Origin: an uncultured Verrucomicrobiae bacterium
GTDB lineage: Bacteria; Verrucomicrobiota; Verrucomicrobiia; Limisphaerales; Palsa-1400
Direction of reading: 5' to 3'
Length of the DNA stretch: 64,000 nt
Assembly: GCA_963702845.1 (NCBI GenBank)
Contig: OY969763.1
Coordinates: 192,001 to 256,000, forward strand
This document shows, piece by piece, positions 1 through 9,367 of the stretch (positions are counted from its first letter, which is position 1; every line of letters starts with the position of its first letter). Under the pieces are notes generated by a model that did not search any database, had not been told where the DNA came from, and worked only from the letters and a program-made list of their open reading frames with translations. The position numbers were made by a program, and so were the translations under genes.

Positions 1-3000
1 TTGGATATTACTGTGTCACAAGTCATGAGCGGCACCGGTGCGTTGAACAAAACTGGAACCGCCGCGCTGACGCTTAGCGGAGCCAATACTTTCAGCGGCG
101 GAACTGTTTTGACGGCGGGCACATTGAACCTCGGCAATGCCGCCGCGGCTGGAACTGGAACGTTGACGCTCAACGGTGGCACGATCACGGCGAGCGGTGC
201 CGCGCGAACTTTGAGCAATCCTGTGACTGTGGGAGGGAATTTCACGGTAGGGGGAACGAATGCGCTGACATTCTCCGGCAGCGCCAATCTTGGTAGCGCG
301 ACCTGGTCGATCAGTGCCGCTAATACTGCGACGACTACGCTTTCGGGAATCGTGAGTGGAACTGGTGGTTTGACGAAAGATGGTTCCGGGACATTGCAAC
401 TTTCGGGCAGCAGTGCGAACACCTATTCGGGGGTGACGACAGTCGATTCAGGAACGCTGTTGCTGGCAAAAAGCGCTGGTGTAAATGCGATCGGTGGAAG
501 TTTGACTGTCGGTGACGGCACTGGTGGAGCAGGCGCGGACATAGTTCGCCTCAGCGCGGCCGATCAAATCGCGACCACCGCGGTGACCGTTTCTGCCAGC
601 GGATTGTTGGATCTCAATGGATTTAATGAAACGATCGGTTCGTTGTCCGCCAGCGCAGGCGCGCAAGTCGGCCTCGGCGCGGGAACTCTGACCGTCGGTG
701 ACAGCACTTCAACGACTTATCCTGGCAGTATTTCTGGCACGGGCAGCGTGGTTAAAGCCGGTTCCGGGACGTTGACCTTGACCGGTGCGAGCACTTTTAG
801 CGGTGCTTCTACGGTCAGTGCCGGCGTTTTGAATATTCAGAATGCAACTGCCCTTGGCGGAACTGGGGCGGTAAGCGTGAGCAGCGGTGCAGCGTTGGAA
901 TTACCAAGCGGAATTACGATCAGCGGCCAATCGCTGACGCTGAATGGCAGTGGCATTAGCGGAAACGGTGCATTGCGAAATGTTAGCGGCAATAACACTT
1001 GGACGGGTGCTGTGACTTTGGGTAGCGCGTCGACGGTTCAATCCGATTCTGGAACGTTGACGATCAGTGGGGGCGTCAGTGGCGGTCAAACGCTCACGGT
1101 GGAAGGCGCGGGCAATACAACAGTCAGCGGCGTCATCAGCGGAGCAGGTGCGCTAACGAAGAACGATGCTGGAACGGTTACGTTGATTGGCGCGAATACA
1201 TATTCGGGTAACACCACTATAAACGCGGGCACATTGAACGTCGGCAACGCCGCGGCTGGAACCGGAACGTTGACGCTCAACGGTGGCACGATCACGGCAA
1301 GTGGTGCCGCGCAAACTTTGAGCAATCCTGTGACTGTGGGGGGAAATTTCACGGTGGGCGGAACGAATGCGCTGACACTCTCCGGCAGCGCCAATCTTGG
1401 AAGCGCGACCTGGTCGATCAATGCCGCTAATGCTGCGACGACTACGCTTTCGGGAATCGTCAGTGGCACTGGTGGTTTGACGAAAGATGGTTCCGGAACA
1501 TTGCAACTTTCGGGCAGCGGCGCGAACACGTATTCGGGCGCGACGACGGTTGATTCGGGAACGCTTTTGTTGGCAAAGACTGCTGGCGTAAATGCGATCG
1601 CTGGAAGTTTGACTGTCGGTGATGGCACTGGTGGAGCAGGCGCGGACATAGTTCGCCTCAGCGCAGCTGATCAAATCGCAACTACCGCGGTAACAGTTTC
1701 CGCGAGCGGTTTGTTGGATCTCAATGGATTTAATGAAACGATCGGTTCGTTGTCAGGCAGCGCAGGTGCGCAAGTCGGCCTCGGCGCGGGAACTTTGACC
1801 GTCGGTGACAGCACTTCAACGACTTATCCTGGCAGTATTTCTGGCACGGGCAGTGTGGTTAAAACCGGTTCTGGCACATTGACCTTAACCAGTGCGAGCA
1901 CATTTAGCGGTGCCGCCACGGTCAGTGCCGGCGTTTTGAATGTTCAGAATGCAACTGCGCTTGGCGGAACTGGGGCGGTAAGCGTGAGCAGCGGCGCGGC
2001 GCTTGAATTAGTGGGCGGCATTACGGTCAGCGGCCAACCGTTGATGCTGAATGGCAGCGGTATCAGCGGGAATGGTGCGCTGCGAAACGTTAGCGGCAAT
2101 AATACATGGGCTGGTGCTGTGACGTTGGGCAGCGCGTCGACAGTTCAATCTGATTCTGGAACTTTGACGATCGGCGGTGGGGTCAGTGGCGGTCAAACGC
2201 TGACGGTAGAAGGCGCGGGCAATACAACGGTCAGCGGCGTTATCAGCGGAACGGGTGCGTTAACGAAGAATGATGCTGGAACGGTTACGTTGAGCGGCGC
2301 GAATACATATTCGGGTAACACCACCATCAACGCGGGAACTGTCGCACTCGGGGCGACCGGTGCGATTGCATCGCCGACAATTACTGTTGCGAGCGGCGCG
2401 ACTTATAATGTTTCTGCAGTGACGGGTTATACGTTGGGAGCGACTCAAATACTTGCGCGTAATGCGACGAGCGGTGCGGGTACTGTTTCCGGTTCGATGA
2501 CGCTTGCTTCGGGGGCGAAGATTTCCCTGCAAGCTGATGGCAGCGCCAGCAGCGTCGGGACTTTGAGCGTCAGTGGTGGCCTCACGCTGAATAACAACAC
2601 GATCACGATCAACGTCACCGGAGCGGCTCTTGGCATTGGCACTTATACGCTCGTCACATATAGCGGAGCGCGGACTGGTGCTTTCAGTAACACTCCGACA
2701 ATCACAGGTTCGGGTGTCGGTTCAGGACTAACCGCGACTCTCGTGCAAGGCTCGGGGACAATCTCGTTGCAAGTTGCCGCGCCGGGACATGGTATTGCTG
2801 CGGCTCGAATTAAAGTTGTTGAAAACGATTTAGCTAACAACAACACGTCGGTGACTGTCAGCACGGTTGTTTCGGTCAACGGTATGTCTGTACGTGACGG
2901 CTCAAGCCGCGGCGATTACACGATTCAAATCGGCTCAACTGAGACGGATGATTTTACCTCTGGTGCGGTGATGACTTGTGTCGCCGAAAATGGGCGCGAT

Positions 3001-5424
3001 AACGGTGAAGATTCGGGAATCAATTACTGCACGAGTTCGATCAGCAGCAGTTCTGGAGTTTCGTATTTTATTCCGACGTCGCAGGCTCCGACAGGCGCTG
3101 AGTATAACATCAATGTTGCTGCTGCGTATTTTCCATACAATCGATACCTGGCCGGCTTTGCGAAAAATTCAGCAGGCACATCGGGCGGCCCGAACGATTC
3201 GCTGACAGGATCGCCAGGTTTGGTTTTGGGAACGCATTTCATCGACCATGGCGACGGCACTTCGACAGTGAATCTAACCAGCATGGGAATCAATTCGCAG
3301 ACAGATGGCATCCTGCTCGTGACGGCGGCGGCGAATAATAACGAATACGCGGTCACGCAGGCGAATGCAGACGGCACTTGGACGATCCTGGTAAAAGACA
3401 ACGGAACGAATGGCACCGCGACTACACAGGGCCCGGTTTCGTTTGCTTTCGTGCCGCTGTCGAATCCTTCGATCATTACCGGCAAATTCCACAGTGACGG
3501 AACTATCCTGATGTATAACGGAGCTTCGCCGCGCTTCAACGTGGTCAGTAATTCAACGGGCACATGGACGTTGACCATCCCCGGCTATTCGCCATCCACA
3601 GGTGTTCTCGTGCTTTCGCCAGAAACGGCCGGAGGCGCTAACTCGGACAACGTTGTGAGTTATCAGCCCAGTGGTAGTTCGTGGGTAATCACCTCCCGCG
3701 ACCTGCCGGGGCTCGGCTTGCAGACGCCGGGCGATCCAGTTTGTTCATTCGTATTCGTTCCGGCACCGACGGCGGCTCTCGTAGCGCCTGCGAATGGCAG
3801 CACGATTTCGTCGGCTCCAACCTTAACGGTAACGGCGAGCAATCCGGGAACGGGTAATGTTAAGGTGACCTTCTTCGGTCATCGCGCGACAATCCTTGGA
3901 CCGGGTCCCGACTTTATGATCCCCGTTTTGCCTGACACACAAAACTACGCTCGTGAAGATTCGTCCAATGGACACGCCACGCGGCAGATGTGGTATGCGC
4001 AGACGGATTGGATCGTCTCGCATCGTGATTCGGACAACATTCCGTTTGTAGCGACGCTGGGGGATTGCGTGCAGAACGGTGATACACTCAGCGGCAATCC
4101 AAATGAAGGCGAATGGCAAATTGCGACAAATGCTTATTATCGATTGGAGGACCAGGACAACACCAAACGCCTCGATGGTATTCCGTATCTTGTTAGCGTC
4201 GGCAACCATGATCAGGATCCGAACGGTGATCCGGATGGCACGACTACCCTCTATAACAAATATTTCGGCTCATCACATTTCACCGGCAAGTCGTATTATG
4301 GCGGCCATTACAGTACGAACAATGACACTTGGTATGCATTATACAGCGCCGGCAATTTGGACTTTCTTGTCATCTCGTTTGAATACGGTCGTTACGGTCA
4401 AACGGTTCTGGATTGGGCACAGGGTATCATTGATCTATACCCAACGCGTCGGATTCTGGTGCTGACACATTTTGCGGGTGATGACACACCTGACGACACG
4501 ACTTCTTCACCATTCAGCGCGCAAGGGCAGGCGATTTACACCGCGCTTAAGGGCAATGCGAACTTTTTCATGATGCTCGGTGGCCACGTCTTCAATGAAG
4601 GTGGTGAAGGACGCCGCTCCGATACATTCAATGGCCATACCGTTCGTACATTGATCTCGGATTACCAGGGCAGGTTCAACGGTGGCAACGGTTTGATGCG
4701 TCTGATGTATTTCTCGCCGAGCAATAATATCATCAACATTAAAACGTTTTCACCGTACACCGGCTTGTTTGAAACGGATGCAAATAGCCAGTTCAGTTAC
4801 ACCTACAATATGCAACCGAACGGCGCAGGTTCACCGGCAACTGCATACGTGGCGCTCGGGACGAATTCGAACGTCACGTCCGGCAGCCAGACAAGTGTCG
4901 TATGGAATGGGCTGACAGCCAGCAAGCCGTACGAATGGTATGTTACTGTGACGGATCAAAACGGGGATTACTCAACAAGTGTTGTCTGGACTTTCCAGAC
5001 CGGCGTGGGCTTTGCGCTGCACCAGGTTCCGCCAGCGGACGCCAACGGCGACGGACTGCCGGACGCATGGGAGAGCAAATACAATGTTACCAATCCGACT
5101 GCGGATGATGATGGTGACGGGCAGTCGAACTACGCCGAATATATTGCGGGCACAAACCCACGGGACGCAACGTCGGTATTGAGGATCATCAACACGGCAT
5201 GCAACTCAGAAGGCCAGGTCACGCTCACGTGGTCTTCAGTTGGTGGGACGCAATATCGAATTCAGGTCGCCGATAGCGCGACCGCTGGTTTCACAGATAT
5301 CGTGCGCGATGCTGAAGCAGAAACAGATTCGGCACCAGCTGGACAAGCGTCGACGCAGACGTATACGGATACGACATCGTCGCCGAACGCGATCAGGTTC
5401 TACCGCGTGGAAGTCGTGCACTGA
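1..5424 (+). CDS. Giant surface protein (5' end outside window): passenger-associated beta-strand repeats, a triple ~100-aa repeat domain, a calcineurin-like metallophosphoesterase, a Ca-binding-like DxNGDG/GTNP motif and a C-terminal FYR-type domain
   Basis: Open frame from base 1. Repeats of the type G-x-L-T-K-x-G-x-G-T-L-x-L-S-G-x-N-T-Y-S-G. Phosphoesterase motifs PDTQ, GDCVQ, GNHD, THF and GGH. Ends RFYRVEVVH. No autotransporter beta-barrel. Confidence 0.9.
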   Translation: MDITVSQVMSGTGALNKTGTAALTLSGANTFSGGTVLTAGTLNLGNAAAAGTGTLTLNGGTITASGAARTLSNPVTVGGNFTVGGTNALTFSGSANLGSATWSISAANTATTTLSGIVSGTGGLTKDGSGTLQLSGSSANTYSGVTTVDSGTLLLAKSAGVNAIGGSLTVGDGTGGAGADIVRLSAADQIATTAVTVSASGLLDLNGFNETIGSLSASAGAQVGLGAGTLTVGDSTSTTYPGSISGTGSVVKAGSGTLTLTGASTFSGASTVSAGVLNIQNATALGGTGAVSVSSGAALELPSGITISGQSLTLNGSGISGNGALRNVSGNNTWTGAVTLGSASTVQSDSGTLTISGGVSGGQTLTVEGAGNTTVSGVISGAGALTKNDAGTVTLIGANTYSGNTTINAGTLNVGNAAAGTGTLTLNGGTITASGAAQTLSNPVTVGGNFTVGGTNALTLSGSANLGSATWSINAANAATTTLSGIVSGTGGLTKDGSGTLQLSGSGANTYSGATTVDSGTLLLAKTAGVNAIAGSLTVGDGTGGAGADIVRLSAADQIATTAVTVSASGLLDLNGFNETIGSLSGSAGAQVGLGAGTLTVGDSTSTTYPGSISGTGSVVKTGSGTLTLTSASTFSGAATVSAGVLNVQNATALGGTGAVSVSSGAALELVGGITVSGQPLMLNGSGISGNGALRNVSGNNTWAGAVTLGSASTVQSDSGTLTIGGGVSGGQTLTVEGAGNTTVSGVISGTGALTKNDAGTVTLSGANTYSGNTTINAGTVALGATGAIASPTITVASGATYNVSAVTGYTLGATQILARNATSGAGTVSGSMTLASGAKISLQADGSASSVGTLSVSGGLTLNNNTITINVTGAALGIGTYTLVTYSGARTGAFSNTPTITGSGVGSGLTATLVQGSGTISLQVAAPGHGIAAARIKVVENDLANNNTSVTVSTVVSVNGMSVRDGSSRGDYTIQIGSTETDDFTSGAVMTCVAENGRDNGEDSGINYCTSSISSSSGVSYFIPTSQAPTGAEYNINVAAAYFPYNRYLAGFAKNSAGTSGGPNDSLTGSPGLVLGTHFIDHGDGTSTVNLTSMGINSQTDGILLVTAAANNNEYAVTQANADGTWTILVKDNGTNGTATTQGPVSFAFVPLSNPSIITGKFHSDGTILMYNGASPRFNVVSNSTGTWTLTIPGYSPSTGVLVLSPETAGGANSDNVVSYQPSGSSWVITSRDLPGLGLQTPGDPVCSFVFVPAPTAALVAPANGSTISSAPTLTVTASNPGTGNVKVTFFGHRATILGPGPDFMIPVLPDTQNYAREDSSNGHATRQMWYAQTDWIVSHRDSDNIPFVATLGDCVQNGDTLSGNPNEGEWQIATNAYYRLEDQDNTKRLDGIPYLVSVGNHDQDPNGDPDGTTTLYNKYFGSSHFTGKSYYGGHYSTNNDTWYALYSAGNLDFLVISFEYGRYGQTVLDWAQGIIDLYPTRRILVLTHFAGDDTPDDTTSSPFSAQGQAIYTALKGNANFFMMLGGHVFNEGGEGRRSDTFNGHTVRTLISDYQGRFNGGNGLMRLMYFSPSNNIINIKTFSPYTGLFETDANSQFSYTYNMQPNGAGSPATAYVALGTNSNVTSGSQTSVVWNGLTASKPYEWYVTVTDQNGDYSTSVVWTFQTGVGFALHQVPPADANGDGLPDAWESKYNVTNPTADDDGDGQSNYAEYIAGTNPRDATSVLRIINTACNSEGQVTLTWSSVGGTQYRIQVADSATAGFTDIVRDAEAETDSAPAGQASTQTYTDTTSSPNAIRFYRVEVVH
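115..2335 (+). repeat. Intragenic tandem duplication, two copies of ~1.11 kb (~370 aa)
   Basis: gcgggcacattgaacctcggcaatgc at ~115 recurs as gcgggcacattgaacgtcggcaacgc at ~1225. The translations are near-identical through ...NTYSGNTTINAGT, with a one-codon indel. Confidence 0.9.
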
Positions 5425-5548
5425 GTTTGGAATTTCCCGGCGTGGTGCCGGGAAGACAGGCAAAAGGGCAACAACTGATTTCCGTGTGGGGTTCCCTGTT
5501 GCCTGTCGCTTTTGACCCGGTTGTGCGTATTCAACCGCGTCTGTCAGG

Positions 5549-5585
5549 CCGCTACACCGCCAATCGGTGTAGCGGTCTCTTTTTC
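5549..5585 (+). terminator. Intrinsic terminator after the giant protein gene
   Basis: Perfect 11-bp stem ccgctacaccg/cggtgtagcgg, 5-nt loop, followed by tctcttttt. Confidence 0.75.
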
Positions 5586-5687
5586 GGCTGTATCGCGCTG
5601 TGCGAGCAGGAGGAATTGATTCATTTTGGGCCTGTCTTCGACAACGGTTTTGGTTATTATCTTCGCAAACCAAAACACCTGCCATCA

Positions 5688-8600
5688 GTGCAACTCAGAT
5701 TGACGACATTCATACGCGTGAGCGTAGCGGCGATTGCTGTCCTCAGCGTTCATGCTAAGACGAACGATGAAACCGGTGACGCCTCGGCTGTGGCTGCGAC
5801 GAATCGCGATACCGCGGCAGCTTCCGAGTTCGTGACGAGTAATTGGCGGACGAGTGACGGACTTCCGGCTAATGACATTCTCGATTTGAGAGAGACCGCC
5901 GACGGCTACTTATGGGTTGGAAGTTATCAGGGGCTGGTTCGATTCGATGGATTGCATTTCAAGAGCTATTTCAACACGCCCGTTGGCCAGCGGTTTAGCG
6001 CGAGGGTCGGGCCGTTGGAACTGGATACGAAGGGACGGCTCTGGATCGCGCCCGACGAGGTGGGAGTTTTGCGACGTGACGTCGATGGTTTCACCGAAGC
6101 GTTGACGAACGGCACCTCTTTAAAAGCGCGACCAGTCAGCTTGTGCAGCGACGGCCAGAACAAATTTTTTTGGGTGGACCTTGCGGGAAATGCTGGTTGG
6201 TTTTCGACGGACAATCCTGAACAGGCGCAAACGATCGCGGGTGCGAAAGCGTCGATTGCTTCGCGATGGATTCGTGATTACGAGGGCAAAATGTGGTTGG
6301 CCGATCAACGGGCGTTGAAGCGTTACGAGGAGGGAGTTTGGAAAACGGTGGAGGTGGCGGGGACGGCAACAATGGTTGTGACGCCACGGCGGGATGGCGG
6401 CATGTGGATTGCACGCGATGCCCAGCTACGGTTTGTTACTGCAGGTGGTGTTGAACGGGAGGTTTCGGATTTTCCGTGGAAAGGCCTGTCGCGCGTTACT
6501 TGCATGTTTGAGGACCGATGGAAACGGGTATGGATCGGCACCCTGGGTGAGGGGTTGTTTTATTATGCCGATGGCCAGATCAAACATGCTCTCACTACGG
6601 CGAGTAGCATTTCGTGCCTGCTTGATGACGAACACGACAACATTTGGGCTGGGACTCGTGGCGGCGGATTATTCCGGATTCGGCCGAGGCAGTTCTTCGT
6701 TTCCAATCGGGCGACCGGCCTACAAAACGAATTCGTCCGCAGTTTGGCGGAAGACAAGGCAGGGCACGTGTGGATGTCGTGCGCCGATGGCCGACTTGGC
6801 TGGTGGGACAAAGGTATGTGGCATGCGGTGACCGAAGAAGATGGCTGGCGCCATTTTGATTCGTTGTGTTTATTGCCGGCCCGCGATGGGAGCGTTTGGA
6901 TTTCGACGATGCATCGTGGAATTTGGCGGTGGGTGAACGGCAAAGTAACGCGGCAGCGGTTGGCTGGCAAACTCCCGAACGAACCGGTGGAGGATTTTCT
7001 TGAGGACGGGAAGGAACGCCTCTGGATGGTGACGGATAACTCGGGTCTTTACTGTTTTGACGGGCACAAAGTCGCCCATTATGGCGTCCAAGAGGGTTTG
7101 CCCAGTAAACACATTCGCGCATTGGCCGAGGATGAAACGGGCGCCGTTTGGGCCGGAGACTGGGAAGGGAGTTTAGCGCGCTTTAGTAATCACCATTGGG
7201 AAACGATGCGGAAGCCAAGCGGACATGCTGATTCAGTTCGTTGCCTTGTTGCGTCAAAGGACGGTATTTGGGTCGGAACGAGTAACGGTGGGCTGCTTCG
7301 TTACAAAGATGGCAAGACGGTTCGCATCAGCATGGAGCAAGGGGCGCCGGACTTTTGCGTCCAACAATTAATTGTGGACGAACAGGGGCGCGTTTGGGGG
7401 GGCACCTCGCATCAATTATTCCAGATTTCGATTAACCAGGTGAACGAACTCGCTGCTGGCAAACGGCAGAAAGTGGATGCGATCACATACGGCCACAGCG
7501 ACGGGTTGCCGGATGTTTCTTTTGCGAGCTTGTGCGATCCAAAATCGTGCCGTGCTGCCGATGGGCAGCTTTGGTTTGCTACGGCGAGCGGTGCGCTTCA
7601 TTTTCAACCGTCCGCGTTGCGAGCGAGCAAGCCGCCACAGGCGGCAATTGATGAAACGTTGTGGGATGGGAAGACGGTTGGGGCGTCGGTTGTGGAGCAT
7701 CTTCGTCCCGGCGCAGGCCGACTTGAATTTCGTTATACCGCGCCATGCCTGACAGCGCCTGAGCGGGTGCGCTTCCGCTACCAGTTGGTCGGTGTCGATT
7801 CGGACTGGGTTGACGCCGGTAATGTGCGGGCAGCGACATACGCCAGTCTTCCTGCTGGGAAACACACATTTCGAGTGATGGCATCGAGCCCTGAGGGTGT
7901 TTGGAGCCCAGTTAGTGCTTCTATCGACGTGGTGGTTCATCCCTACTTCTGGCAGACGGACTGGTTTATCGCACTGGTAGCGGCCGCGGCGGCAGGTGGG
8001 GTGGTTTGGCTGGTGCGCCGTGCGACGGTACGGCGGTTGCGGACTCGGCTGGCGCAGTTGCACCAACTACAGGCGATTGATCGGGAGCGGACGCGTATTG
8101 CACAAGACATTCACGATGAATTGGGCGCGAACCTGACCAGTATTGGCCTATTGGCCGACATTGGAAAACGGCACAAGTTCGATTCGTCTGTGGTCTCGCG
8201 GGACCTTAGCCAAATTTCCGATACGGCACGCGAAAGTGTCGCTGCGATGGACGCGATTGTTTGGGCGCTCAATCCACGCAACGATTCGCTGGATAATTTT
8301 GCTAACTACATTGCGCAGTTCACTCGTGACTTTTTCCGTCCCACCGAATTGCGGACGCGTTTGAACTTGCCGACGAATTTGCCGGATCGTCCGATGACGA
8401 CGGAAATGCGGCACCAGTTGTTCCTGCTGGTGAAAGAGTCGTTCAACAACATTGTGCGGCACGCCGAGGCGAAGGAAGTGAACGTTGAAATCGCCTGCGA
8501 CAATGGTCATCTGCGGATGGTCATTGCCGATGATGGCAAAGGAATACACAAACAAACGAGTGACACCGGCCAGGATGGTTTAATGAATTTGCGCGACCGC

Positions 8601-8699
8601 GTGGGTCGGATGGGTGGGACGGTGGACATCGGTAACAACAACGGACATGGGACGAAGCTGGAGTTTCGCGTCCCAATTGATAAAGCCAGAATGAACTAA
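5688..8699 (+). CDS. Sensor histidine kinase: periplasmic Reg_prop beta-propeller repeats, Y_Y_Y domain, TM helix, HisKA_3 and HATPase domains
   Basis: Motifs DGLP..GYLWVGSYQGLVRFDG, RFRYQLVGVDSDW..ATYASLPAGKHTFRV, ERTRIAQDIHDELG and DDGKG. GTG at 5688 is preferred over 5427 because a terminator lies between them and a signal-like stretch follows 5688. Confidence 0.9.
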   Translation: MQLRLTTFIRVSVAAIAVLSVHAKTNDETGDASAVAATNRDTAAASEFVTSNWRTSDGLPANDILDLRETADGYLWVGSYQGLVRFDGLHFKSYFNTPVGQRFSARVGPLELDTKGRLWIAPDEVGVLRRDVDGFTEALTNGTSLKARPVSLCSDGQNKFFWVDLAGNAGWFSTDNPEQAQTIAGAKASIASRWIRDYEGKMWLADQRALKRYEEGVWKTVEVAGTATMVVTPRRDGGMWIARDAQLRFVTAGGVEREVSDFPWKGLSRVTCMFEDRWKRVWIGTLGEGLFYYADGQIKHALTTASSISCLLDDEHDNIWAGTRGGGLFRIRPRQFFVSNRATGLQNEFVRSLAEDKAGHVWMSCADGRLGWWDKGMWHAVTEEDGWRHFDSLCLLPARDGSVWISTMHRGIWRWVNGKVTRQRLAGKLPNEPVEDFLEDGKERLWMVTDNSGLYCFDGHKVAHYGVQEGLPSKHIRALAEDETGAVWAGDWEGSLARFSNHHWETMRKPSGHADSVRCLVASKDGIWVGTSNGGLLRYKDGKTVRISMEQGAPDFCVQQLIVDEQGRVWGGTSHQLFQISINQVNELAAGKRQKVDAITYGHSDGLPDVSFASLCDPKSCRAADGQLWFATASGALHFQPSALRASKPPQAAIDETLWDGKTVGASVVEHLRPGAGRLEFRYTAPCLTAPERVRFRYQLVGVDSDWVDAGNVRAATYASLPAGKHTFRVMASSPEGVWSPVSASIDVVVHPYFWQTDWFIALVAAAAAGGVVWLVRRATVRRLRTRLAQLHQLQAIDRERTRIAQDIHDELGANLTSIGLLADIGKRHKFDSSVVSRDLSQISDTARESVAAMDAIVWALNPRNDSLDNFANYIAQFTRDFFRPTELRTRLNLPTNLPDRPMTTEMRHQLFLLVKESFNNIVRHAEAKEVNVEIACDNGHLRMVIADDGKGIHKQTSDTGQDGLMNLRDRVGRMGGTVDIGNNNGHGTKLEFRVPIDKARMN

Positions 8700-8701
8700 T
8701 C

Positions 8702-9334
8702 ATGACCTTGAAAGTTGCCATTGTTGAAGATGATTTGCGCTGGCGGACGAATGTTGAGCTGTTGCTGCGGGAGACGGAAGGTTTGGAATTTGTTGGAAGT
8801 TTCAAAAGCGGCGAAGACGCCATTCGTGACCTGCCTGCGCGCCGGCCACAGGTCGTGTTGATGGACATCAACTTGCCAAAAATGTCGGGGGTCGAATGCA
8901 CGCGGCAGCTCCGTGAGCTGTTGCCGGCGGTGCATATTGTTATGCTTACTGTCTACGACGACAGCGATCGAATTTTTCAAGCATTGCAAATGGGGGCGAG
9001 CGGTTACTTGTTGAAACGCGCGTCGGCGGATGAAATTTTGCAGGCGATCGAGGATGTGCATCGGGGTGGAGCGCCGATGTCGGCCTATATCGCGCGCAAA
9101 GTGGTGCAGTCGTTTCAGCGTGAGGTTCCTGCGGGAAAGCCGGACGAAACGCTTTCCAAACGCGAAACGGAAGTGCTCGGTTATGTTGCACGCGGTTATA
9201 GTGACAAAGAGGTGGCTGAGGCGCTCGGGTTAACACCTTCGACGGTGCGCAGTTATCTGAAAAACATTTACGCGAAGCTCCACGTTCATTCGCGGACGCA
9301 GGCCATTTTGAAGGCAGGCGGACGCAATGCTTAG
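8702..9334 (+). CDS. NarL/LuxR-family response regulator
   Basis: Receiver domain (VEDD, LMDINLP) plus LuxR HTH (LSKRETEVL..GYSDKEVA..TVRSYLKNIYAKLHV). Starts 3 nt after the kinase stop. Confidence 0.95.
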   Translation: MTLKVAIVEDDLRWRTNVELLLRETEGLEFVGSFKSGEDAIRDLPARRPQVVLMDINLPKMSGVECTRQLRELLPAVHIVMLTVYDDSDRIFQALQMGASGYLLKRASADEILQAIEDVHRGGAPMSAYIARKVVQSFQREVPAGKPDETLSKRETEVLGYVARGYSDKEVAEALGLTPSTVRSYLKNIYAKLHVHSRTQAILKAGGRNA

Positions 9335-9338
9335 TCAT

Positions 9339-9356
9339 TACCTCAATTTGGGGGTA
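9339..9356. promoter_or_regulatory. Candidate NarL-family operator (inverted heptamers)
   Basis: TACCTCA-ATTT-GGGGGTA directly after the regulator gene and ahead of the next operon. Resembles TACYYM-type half sites. Confidence 0.4.
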
Positions 9357-9367
9357 TTCGAGGGGCG

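Noticed and set aside
5427..5687. N-terminal extension of the sensor kinase in the ORF track
   Set aside because: It spans a terminator and hairpins, and a signal-like N-terminus starts at 5688.
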